64,000 nucleotides of DNA from Dicyema japonicum. Lineage: Eukaryota > Animalia > Dicyemida. Positions 38,360 through 49,179 of the stretch are shown here, one piece after another. The notes under the pieces are model-generated. The model was not told the origin of the DNA, ran no database searches, and was given only the letters and a program-made list of their open reading frames with translations. The stretch is from assembly GCA_011109175.1 (NCBI GenBank), contig RDEW01000014.1:1226143-1290142 (forward strand). The letters run 5' to 3'. Position numbers and translations under genes: made by a program. The stretch's first letter is position 1, and each line of letters starts with the position of its first letter.

Positions 38360-38875
38360 ATGAGAAATGACGAGTCTTGGGTTGTCGTACCGATTTTTTA
38401 TGTATAAAGATCCGTCTAATACAGTCCTACCCCGTTTCGGGGCACACCCCGGCGGTGGGGCACCCCCGCTTTATTTGAATACACTAAAATCTTCAACATC
38501 TAAATTTTTGAAACAGCGAGGTTTATTATATTTCCCAATGATCAATGGTTCAAGATTTTCACCCTTATAATTGCATAGAAGTTCTGTAATTCTTTCTTTG
38601 AATTGTTTGTATGGTTGATCATCAACAAATGACTTTCATGGTGTCATTTTGTATAAAGTGATGTTTCATCACAATTGAACACATTTCCTCTTCCATATTC
38701 AATTATTTTCTTATCAAATTAAAATAGGCAATCATGTGGGATTAATCGCAGGAATATTTTCGCTGCATATTGTTTTAAATAACATTAAGTAGATCACTTA
38801 TTAAGAATGTCTTTAACATATTTATTAGAATAAACACGTGATTAGTTATATGTAAACCCTCTACATGAAAAGTAA

Positions 38876-39771
38876 TCAACATCTTCCATGGCCTCTACTT
38901 TGAATATTCTTAGCTCTCTTAGACTGTCTAATTGACTTGTTACTCTCCTCCACTCTTTTCCTCTCAGTCCACATCTTTAAAGACTTTTGTTTTCGTTTCT
39001 GCTTAATCTTCAGTTTCTTCTTCAACAAATCCACGCTCGGCATTGGTTTCTCTCCAGAAGCCATCAATATCGAGTCCCTCCATCTGTCATCATCTTCCAT
39101 TTTATTAGCAGCCTCTTCATCACCCTTTTCCCTAGTTCTCTTGACTTTATGCGTTCGAGAGATGGCCTTTATTATCACTCACCCACAAACCTTCCTCAGC
39201 TTAGTTTCTGTCCTCACTTTTCCCAATGTTTTAGAATTTCTTTTCAAATCATTTACGGTCTCTGGTTTCGCCTCCTCTTCCACACCATCCTTACGTACTG
39301 GTTCTTCCATATCTTTAACCTGTCTCCTCTTCTTTACAATCCTCGTCTTTCCAAACTCTAAAATAAGCCAAGGGTCACTTTTATCATTAAGAAAGTTGTC
39401 CCTCAGTTTATCGACAAAGTTAGGGTTTATTAGTGTAGGTTTTGGTCCTCCAGTATAAAACCGAAGGTATTTGCTTGTTGATTTGTTGTTATTTAAGTCA
39501 TATTTACAGATTCTATTAAAATTATTCATAAATTTATGTTTGTATTTCTCTATAAATGAAAAGTGATTATTACCGTTAATAAAACACAGTTTATCAATTT
39601 CAAGGGGAAATAAAACATCTTTGGTTAATTTTTTGTAATCTTGGAGATTGAAGTAGTAGTTTGGTGAAATAGTGTCGATTAAATGATTAACCTCGTGCAG
39701 ATCCCGTTGAATATCCAAGCATTTGATGACATTCTTAAAGTAATTAACAAAGATACATCAAAGTCTGACAT
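38876..39771 (-). CDS. SURF6: Surfeit locus protein 6 / RRP14-like nucleolar protein
   Basis: MSDFD|NVIKCLD..LIDTISPNYYF (RRP14-N-like) and WRDSILMASGEK..LLKKKLKIKQKRKQKS..WTER..RQSKRAKNI. Introns ~39734-39756 (23 nt) and 39167-39190 (24 nt). Confidence 0.82.
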
Positions 39772-40379
39772 GCGACTTTATATTTAATTTAAATTATTTT
39801 AAAGAATATTAATAAATATTATTAATTTCTTGTTATGAACATTTTTGTTATCATTGATCATATATATTTCCTTCGTACCTACGAATAAACTCAATAGAGA
39901 AAACAATAAAACAGGTCCAGTGGTGTTTAACATATAGCAAATTGATACAAGACTCTTGAATTCGGTTTCTCAATAGGAGAGTTGAGAATCGAGGGGCACG
40001 CCCATGTAATTATGATCAGTATTATATATGCTTATTTAGGTTCTAGAGAGGAACATTTGGTCAAAAATAGGAAGGAACTTGCTTTGGTTTTACTGTCGTC
40101 TTTTATTTTATCATATCCCATCCTTTCGTCATATTTATTATAGCTTTTCAAAGTTGTCTCCATCCTATTGACTTTATGAGGTGGGGGTTGTTTTTTATAT
40201 AAGACGTTTCTCAGTATTCAGGAATGTTCTGTTGAGGCTAGTATCCTCAGTTGGTCTCTTTTGAAAAAGTTGATTTTCACAGAATTCATAATTATGTAAA
40301 GACAAGTATTGTACTGGATTTATCAATTAAATAACCCTGGCCTCACTAACTTAGAAGACCAATGCATATTAAATAGGAC

Positions 40380-40760
40380 ACAGTAAATGCCTGTCTTTCC
40401 CATAGATTGGAGACTTGCATGGTAGACCAACAGTGTATTAGTCCAGGACATTCAAAAAGGTTATTTGTTGTCTTTCGGAGAGGTTACAAAATGAACAGAG
40501 GATATCTTTTACATCATCCAGTTTACGTGCATCGGTAGAGAGGGGGTGGTGCCCAAATCGTAGACAAGTCATGTTTACCCGGATGTCCCTCGGAAGAGAG
40601 CTGATTAGTCGATTGGAGGAGGGGTCAATGTAGTATTTTATTATAATCGAGTCTTTGGATAATTCTCGTAATAAACAAAATCGTGTATCTGTATCAAACG
40701 ACCCCGGTCATTGGGGATGGAAGGGATAGGGGATAGCAAACAAGTCACGGGATGTCACAA
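40380..40760 (-). mobile_element. Ingi-like LINE C-terminal CCHC-finger remnant
   Basis: SLPRDIRVNMTCLRFGHHPSL..ILCSFCN..CP across frameshifts. Confidence 0.5.
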
Positions 40761-40884
40761 TAATTTGGTATTTCATTAAACCACTCGACTAGTCGATCTA
40801 TGTGGTGTTGTATTTTTTCCTTCACTGTTTGGGTGTTCTGATCCCGTGAGGCTAAGACGATATCGTCTGCATAAGACATAATTT

Positions 40885-41475
40885 TTTTTAATAACCCCGG
40901 GAACACCCAGAAAGAAAGACAAAAGAGTCAAACAGTTAGGTGATCCCAGTCCTCGCAATCAATTGTGCCATTCGACGTCTGTGATCTTCCATTGTCCCCA
41001 CTACTTTCCGGAAGAGCCTTCTCTCGGTCTTGCAGAGGAATCCGATCGGGGAGGGGAATTTCTTATCCAATCGGTTTTCTCTTGCCATGGAAAGGATCAG
41101 GCGAAGCGGGTTTCCATCTTCCTCACAGACGCGAAGAAATTCTGAGCCACGACTACGGATCTTAGCTTCCATGAGTAGTGGGTCGACTGTTGATCCATTA
41201 CGTGGGCAAAGCATACTGATTGTTTTCTGGTGTATTGAGTTGATTCTTTGGACCATAGACTCCGATAGCACGAATCTCCATGCAACGGAGGCACACTCAA
41301 CGGCTGGCGCGATTGTTTGTTGGTATAGGGAGGAAACAGAAAAATCCATGTTCCTCGGGGTCCTCCGGAGAAGGGCGCATAAAACGTTAATTTTCTGAAG
41401 GCCCCTGGTAATCATGTCTTTTACATGGGAGTTGAAATTGAGTAGACTGTCGTACTTGACTCCAAGGACAGTGGG
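40885..41475 (-). mobile_element. Vingi-like LINE 3' fragment
   Basis: VLGVKYDSLLNF..ARTGIT*, 3' UTR ..CCCGGGGTTATTAAAAAAA. Confidence 0.85.
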
Positions 41476-42540
41476 ATTATTATTATTATTTAAGCCAAAG
41501 AAACACCGTCTTAACCAATAACTAATATTCAGGTGATCCCGGCATCTCTCAATAATCGGGCCATTTTTTCTCGATGCTCCGACTGTGATCCCACGCATTT
41601 TCTATACGGACGGGGGTCTTTTTCCTTTTCTCTTCTGAAATTGCCTCCATTTGCCTCTATGATAGACTCGAGTGCTCTGGGGGCAATTTCTTTATCTGTA
41701 TATTTTTCTAGTAACTTTTTTGCTCTTGACTGGATATCTTGAATTTTTGTTAGGTTCGTTGCCGACAGGTTAGATCCCCATGCAGCACATGCATAGCCTA
41801 TTGTTGGCTCGACATACTGCTTGTAGAGGGTCCCGATACCTGGCGGATAAATTCCTCCACAGTTCCAAAGGAAGGCCTTTACAAAATTGATCTTCTTTGC
41901 ACAGGTTGATATGATAGATTCCACATGGGCTGAGAAGCAGAGGAAAGTATCAAAAGTTACTCCCAGTATCTTCTGCGTTTTCTTTTGTGGTATAGGTACT
42001 CCATTTAACGTGACATCAATTGTTTGCGTTCCCATCTTTCTATTCTTAGTAAATAGAGTGACTGCTGACTTTTCGGAACATGCATTTAATCGATTCTCGC
42101 ACAACCATCCAAATATGTTATTTAGTATTCCTTGTAGTCTTTCCTTAGCATGTTCGACGTTTACGTCTCTAGATGCGACAACTATGTCATCGGCATAGGA
42201 AAGTAGTATGTCATTGTTATTCATAGGTACGGGGAGATCACTCAAAAACAAATTAAAAAGGATTGGTGACAGAAGGAGATCCTTGGGGTACACCATTGGG
42301 TAATAATCCCGATCTGGAACTCTTGTTTCCGACGGATACTTTCCCTCGGCGTCCACTTACGAAATTTGCTAACCATAACTTTAATGGTGCATCAATTTTT
42401 GTCAAAAATATTTTTCGTATGAGGATCTTCCTTGGGACAGAGTCGAAAGCTTTTTGAATATCGATCTTACATATGACCGATTTTTCCTGTTTTGGCTTGT
42501 TCTTGTGTCCTTCAGTTATGAACTTCATTAATGTTGTTAG
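41476..42540 (-). mobile_element. Vingi-like LINE RT/3' fragment with (AAT)n tail
   Basis: DIQKAFDSV, PNGVPQGS, SYADD, ILGVTFD, RDAGIT*; (AAT)n tail at ~41477-41492. Confidence 0.9.
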
Positions 42541-42645
42541 GATAAGCCAGAAATAATAAAAGAACAAAGAAAACCTATTCAATTATTAATATTTTAATTA
42601 CTAATTAATTTAATTGTTCAAAATATAAATTCTAAATGTTTATTG

Positions 42646-43934
42646 ATGTTGGTTCATCAAAATTTTGAAAATAATACTGATTCGGGAGTCACAAAAAGGT
42701 CAGTCGTTATTAAAATAATAAAGTGATTTCTCATATTTTACATACTTGACTGGCAATCAATCAGATTTTGATGTCAAAAATTGTGCCAAAGCCTGTAAGT
42801 GGTCCTTCGACGGTACTAAACTGTTGGTCTCATCCGACGATGCCTGCCTTCGACTGTATAATTTCGAGGACTGTTTTGAAAAAAGAATTTTCAAGCCCAC
42901 CATAGTAATTGATTAAACTTTTTCAGATGGGAACCATCGTGGCTTCTCATTCGCATATTATTTATGACTTTTCATGGACTGAAACTGACATTATCGACAA
43001 ACAGCTGTAAAATATCTTACTTATTACTGGTTCCTTTATTCAGGAAATGGACAGCCTCTCCATATCATGGACGCTAACACTTTTTCCTACGTTGGTTCTT
43101 ACATCTATAAAACTGATCTGGTTAATCTCTGTGCTTAATTTTCAGGGTAACGTGAAAAGTCCGTACAGCTGTACCTTTTCGATGAATTCTGAGTTTGTCC
43201 TCGCTGGTTTTTGTGGAAGAATTTTGGTTTATGACACTGAGAGGCCTGGCTGTGACTTTATCGTCAATATTAGTACTAATTGTACTATCATTTTGTAATC
43301 CTAAAGATAATGACGGAGTCTCTCACTTAAATGGGATCATTTCTACCATATCACCGAATCCTGTTCAGAATTACCTCCTTGCTGGGGGTTGTTATGACGG
43401 AACAGGTCTTTTGTGGAGTTATTTTAGTGGGTTTGTTCAACATGAGATTGAAGAGACCCTTGCTAGCCGTGTTTAAGGGACATATGGAAGGAGTAACTCA
43501 TGTAATGTTTTCGAATGATGGGATCCGTTTATTTAGTGGAGACCGAAAGGTTTTGATGGGAGATGACTTTTCAGGGATCAGAAATTGTGTGCTGGGATCT
43601 GAGGATGACTGGGAAGGTCGTGGGAGCATATAGGAGGGTTCAATCTACTAGTCAGAGGGTTTATTTTGACATGTAGCACGTTTGTGATCAATTTAAGATA
43701 TGATGATTGTCTCCTGTCTGGTGATGACTATGGAAGGGTTGTAATGTGGGGGAGTGATGGAACAGAGAGTAGTCAAATAGTGCACGAGGATGTTGTTAGT
43801 GGATTGAGGTAGTAATTAATAGTAATGCTAGTGTTAATAAAGTATATAAGGTTATGGCCACGTGCTCTGGAAGTAGACACCTTTGTAGTACTAAAGGTGA
43901 TAATTCTGTACGTATATGGAAAATAAATTTATAA
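42646..43934 (+). CDS. WRAP53: Telomerase Cajal body protein 1 (WD40)
   Basis: NCAKACKWSFDG..LRLYN; IYDFSW; QPLHIMDA; VYDTERPG; GIISTI; GHMEGVTHVMFSNDGIRLFSGDRK; IVCWDLR; SQRVYFD; ATCSGSR. Nine introns of 22-25 nt, one apparently GT-TG. Confidence 0.9.
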
Positions 43935-43994
43935 TATCATTAAATTGTGTTTATGTTTTATTTTCAAATAATATAATTTGACAAAACTAATTTG

Positions 43995-46494
43995 TTAATT
44001 ATTGTTAATGTTTGTTATTTTTCGTAACAATTTTGATTAGTGTTTTGGTCATGTAATAAGGTTTGTCATCTGACCCGTCGTTAATGTTCATGTCCTCCAC
44101 TAAATACATAAGCAGGGTAATTACAGAAGCATATGAATATGGTGGTGACACCAGAATTATATATTTCATACAAAGCTATGTTTAGTATTAAGGCGAAAAT
44201 ACCCACAACCTAAACTACTAATCCACATATACAATGACAGGGATGATTCTATAGTTCAGATCTAATGGGTGGACTCCGATAAAGTGTTTATCAACACTGA
44301 CTGACTCAAACTTTTCGAAAAACCACAAATATGCGAGTATGGCTGAAAATATAAGAATATTAGACTTGTGAAAGCAGTGGAAAACAGAACAAATACAAAA
44401 ATAATGATTTTGGCAAGTAAATTTGTAATAAGCAGACTAAATGTTAAATCTGTGATTACCTCATGGGATTATTGAGAATAAGAAAGAAAACCTTTTTGGA
44501 AGAGTAGCAAAAATTATTTCCATGAATGACAATCTGTAATAAACAGAACGTGATTACATAAATGTATGTATTTTCAGTAATAAACTTTATGACTTTATCT
44601 AAACACCAAAAAAAGCATTTCATGTATCTTAATAATATCAATAATTACTTTATTATTGTATTCACAAATCTATTGTTGTATTTGTTGAGTTTAAGTGAAA
44701 TGTATTCCAATATTAATCTAATATACTTTACAATGGCAATCAATATGGAACCAAAGGCAATAGACCCAAGGTGATATCTAAATGTTACATCAATTCTGCC
44801 TTAGAGTTGTCCTGATGGCTTTCATTGTTGGTAAGGATGGTATGTCTTTGGGTTTCTCTAATGACCAATAGTATCCACTAAAACTCCCAGCAATAACACA
44901 AGTATTTAATCCATGAATGAATTGAATTATCCAAATCCACATAAACAGAATGAATGCGTATAACAAGTATTGATATCTTAGAGTGAAAACAAATATCACT
45001 TTGTCTCTCCATATTTTACGAATTTGCAGGCATCCGCCATAATATCCTAATGTTTAATTGAATTATTACAGTTGGTTTGCAGGAAATGTAATCACTGATA
45101 TTTAATGTAGAATTACCAAATCGTGGATTCCCCATCGTGTTTACATATCTGTGCTTTAAGAGAGGAAATATACCCACAAATTATAATACACATAAATGTA
45201 ACAACCAGAATTAGCAATATATTGAATATACCCCACAGGTACACCCCCCATACATAATTCAAAGCCCTGGTATATTCACAAAAATCAAACTTTGAAGTCT
45301 CGGCGAGCAAATGGGTCGCAATTTTTATTTTTCTTATAGTTCCGATGACTACCAACAACAGCAGAATTAAGAATATTAGGAAAATAATGGCTACACTAAA
45401 TTCATTAAAAACCTAAAGTCAGATTCAGATTGTAAAAATCTCCATAGGTTTTGAAATTTATTTTGAATTCATTTGGCCAACTTTCACCTCCAGCATTTTT
45501 TATTTTTATATATCTTTGAAAAAATAAATAAGATCCTGGAACTTAAAGTGAATGGGAAACCTGCTCCCAACGTTAAAAACAAAAAGACGAGAATGAGGGC
45601 AATCAAAGGTCCAACAAATAATCTGAGGATAAAAATAGTAACGAATCCGATTAATATTGATAATAAAGAAAATCTGTTGAATATATTATTTATACAAGAA
45701 AATTTCATTTTTTGTGGTCAAAATGTCACTCAAAGATGCCAATACAAAGGACTTGCTTATATCAAACAAGTGATTATTTCTCAAGTTATTATAAATCACA
45801 AACTTCAAAAAGTCACCGAGTTTTGTTATACTCATGTTTTTTTTGTACATTTGAATAGTGTGGTTTATATCGACTAATTGCATTAAAACCTTGGGGATGC
45901 ATCTTTTGACCACTACAATGTTACAATTGAATAGTACAGCTTTGTGTTTCCAACAAGTAACTAGGACATTTATTATATTTGATTATGGTTGAAAACTACT
46001 TGTTATTCATTTGGGTTACATTGTCAGTAGAATTAGCAAAGGGACAATACCCATCTTTCATAAAGGTTTTGTAGTTTACAGAATTAATAATTTTGTTAGA
46101 ATCGGGACATTTACTCACACACACCTGAATTAATGTCCTAAGTACTTGTTGTGAAGGACATCCATTGATGAGGGAATCCATTTCCAAACAGACAATAAAG
46201 TCGAAAAATAAGAGATATGGTTTTTCCTGGTAATTCTTGTCTTTCCCATTATTGACTCCGCACAACTTTCCATTCGAGTCGGTTGGATTGGTAATTCTCC
46301 TAATATCTCCGTAAGTCACACCTGAAAAATCATTATGAATATGTACAACCAATGATTGCTACCCCAACCAATGCTATAATAAGTACTACAAACAGCAACA
46401 GACAAATCAAATCAGTACATCTTCTACATATTACCAACAAACTCAGAAACCTTTCAACTTTTAATCCAGCATGGTAGTTCAATCGTTCAGACAT
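43995..46494 (-). CDS. SLC44A: Choline transporter-like protein (SLC44/CTL family)
   Basis: RRCTDLICL; PTDSNGKLCG; KPYLLFFD; CPSQQVCVSKCP; IAGSFSGYYW; RYHLGSIAFGS; KCFFWCLDKVIKF; CFLEDMNINDGSDDKPYYM. About 20 introns of 21-28 nt, one GC-AG (44778-44799). Confidence 0.93.
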
Positions 46495-46879
46495 ATCGAA
46501 ATAATTGTGCTGTAAACGACGAAACCGTTTTTTATTTATCATTAATGCACGATTAAAAGCTAATCAGCTATAACATATTTGATTTACATCAGTCGTCACT
46601 ATGTGATTAAAATGGTAACAAAAGTTTATAAGTTTTCAAAAATAAGAGTTTTTACAATCAAGTAAAGACGTTTTATTTTCATAAATTTAGTGCTAAATTA
46701 TACAAAAATTCTATTGAATTCCCTCATAGCTCAATTAACTTGTTATTATAATAGGATTATTTATTAATAACTGCGAAATTAAGTTTTTGATATCCGCATA
46801 TACGAAAAAGAATAGTTTTATTATCTATTAATAAAGATATCTCCCGGGAAGCCTCGGGGAACACGCAGTAAGGGGGCAG

Positions 46880-47725
46880 CAGATCCAACCCATAGAGTTC
46901 ACATTATACTCGCTTTTTTCTCCATGTTTTTTCATCATTTATAAGATCTACGGCTAGTGATCACCCTGTTCTATTGACAGAGTTGAAGAGTTCGAGCGCA
47001 CTGGTTTTAATCGATGGTAGATGCGTGTTCTCTGTGAATTCCCTTATCGCTTTTGGTGATGAAGTGTGGTCAGTGACCTTTTGTTATGACGACAATGTCA
47101 CACTTGCGCAGTCTTGCTGAGTGCTTAAACAAGTATTGCATAAGAGTAGGCTGAACGCCGTGTAAAAATGAATCAGTGACTCTCCGGGAAGATTGAGACC
47201 ATTTCTTCCGTGGTCCATTGCACGTATCCCCGGGTTAGCTTTTCCATCCCTGGCGTTCCAGTCCCCGGCGACAAAAAGAATGTAAGAAAACGAAAGATAG
47301 TAGTATAAACTCGTGAATGTAGAGTAACATGCGTCCAGCTTTTCCATAATTGTTAAGACTCATGCTCTTGTTGGGAATATGCATTTATAATGGAAATGAC
47401 TGAGTTAATTTTATTTCCGAATTTGATTTGCAGCACTGAGACACGATCTAATGCTGCCCACATTCTTGTAACAAAGTGAAACAGGTCCTGATGGATTGCA
47501 AATCCGAGACCATAATGACAACATCCCGATGAGATGGTAAAAAGGATAAATTTGCCAAACCGTTCTGTACATTGTACGGTCGTTTTGTCTTTTGTAGACA
47601 GCAGACAGAGATGTTTGTATTTTGTTGGATCGCATGCCAGTTGGTGTTTCTTGTAGGGTTGTTTATTAAAAGTTCCCAGAGTGAACGGACAAGTCGGTAA
47701 AGAATACGAATAAGACATAGTGCAA
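46880..47725 (-). mobile_element. RTE-clade APE fragment, decayed
   Basis: TLGTFN, HYGLGFAI, IINAYS, AGDWNAR, LLCNT. Confidence 0.8.
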
Positions 47726-47879
47726 TAGAGACGTCGTCACCACCTCAACCAAAAATCTAAAAATGAATAATATAAAAATCAGAAAATTTATAAATCGACC
47801 AAACGATTTTTATTTATAGAGTTTTCCTATCAATAACGACAAAAAATTACATTATTTTTATTAAAATTTCTCTCTTTTC

Positions 47880-48711
47880 GAGAGTTTCAATAGCTCACTC
47901 AATGCTGCGCAAAGTTGCAGTATAGTTAGATAAACATGATAGAGAAAATTATTTTATGTTAAACTACAAAACAGTTAACAATTTCTGGAAGCTCACTTCA
48001 GTCATGGCTAACCACTCTCAGAATTGAAAACCTGTCTCTGATGACGATTTTTAAGGAAATGCGCTAAATAAGCTAGATCCTTTCTCCAATATCCATCTTC
48101 CTCCTTGTGAGAGGCGACAGCTCATCAGGGTCAGTGATCTGCTTCCAAGATAAACAAATTATTCAATATACTTGGCCCCAGTAGGCAAAGTTTATCAGGC
48201 TGATCGACACTTCAGAATTTTGCTAACCATTTTAAGACTAACATGAACTCATCTTTTATCTACTAAAATAATCGTTGACTGTCTTAAAATTTTCCGGAGT
48301 GGAAACAGAACTTTTCCAAAAAATGCGAAGGATTTTCTTGCTTCATTAGTTGAGCTTTGATGGGATTTGTTAATATGTGAATTGCATATTGCTTATTTCT
48401 CACAGTTAAATACTCAATTGCTTGTTGTGAACGTTCTTTTTCAAAGTTAAAACATACAACATATTCGTGGATGTCAAATCAGGCAAGTATTTTCTCTGAT
48501 CAGCATTGAATAGAAATTCCTGACAAGCGAGGTGAAAGAAGCTGAGGTACTGACAGTAAAGGAACGATTGGACATTTGTTTATTGTTTAATAAATTAAAT
48601 AATGATAAATCTCACTCTTATGTGTATTTATTCTCACAACTTAATTTATTTTATTCACGATTAAGTTAGTTATAAGGGATTTGGGCAGTAGATAGCTTTT
48701 GCACGCCCCTG
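47880..48711 (+). mobile_element. hAT transposon 3' remnant
   Basis: Dimerisation motif SIACCERSFSKLK (~48410-48455) and TIR-like end ..GCACGCCCCTG. Confidence 0.65.
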
Positions 48712-48739
48712 CTTTTGGCTGAGGTGGTGACGTGACTCG

Positions 48740-49100
48740 ATTGCACCAATACTGTTTTATAGGATTTAAAGATGACAATTCCAGTATTGTCAGAAGCTGA
48801 ACTGAATTAAATTGTGGTAAATGCAAAATCTACAATTTTACCTTTCAGAAGATAAGTATTCAAAATCTGTGTCATCTTTCGCGAATTTACTACCTGATGT
48901 AATTTCAGACCAGATGAAGATCTTATATTCATCTGATCCCTTATCACCATAAAGGCAATGGCAAGAGCGATAGAGCTTAGATGGTACTAATGTCTCTTTT
49001 GGCATAATTTTGTGGCACATCATACACTCTGCTCTCTTCGAATCGTCCTCAAACTGGCAAAATTCATAAGCAAGATATTCTTATATTTTTCTATTTTAGA
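48740..49100 (-). mobile_element. hAT/Buster BED-finger remnant (second copy at 53160-53390)
   Basis: EYLAYEF..ECMMCHKIMPKETLVPSKL resembles the BED region at 37987-38199. Confidence 0.55.
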
Positions 49101-49179
49101 AGTGGAATAATAACAAACTTTAATAGGCATACTATCAACCATTTTTTTTGGTTGAGCTGGTGACGTGGCTCTTGATCTC

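Noticed and set aside
36337-38367. 8-bp TSD for the hAT element
   Set aside because: Left flank ATCTAGAG does not match right flank ATGAGAAA; the TIRs are supported but a TSD is not.
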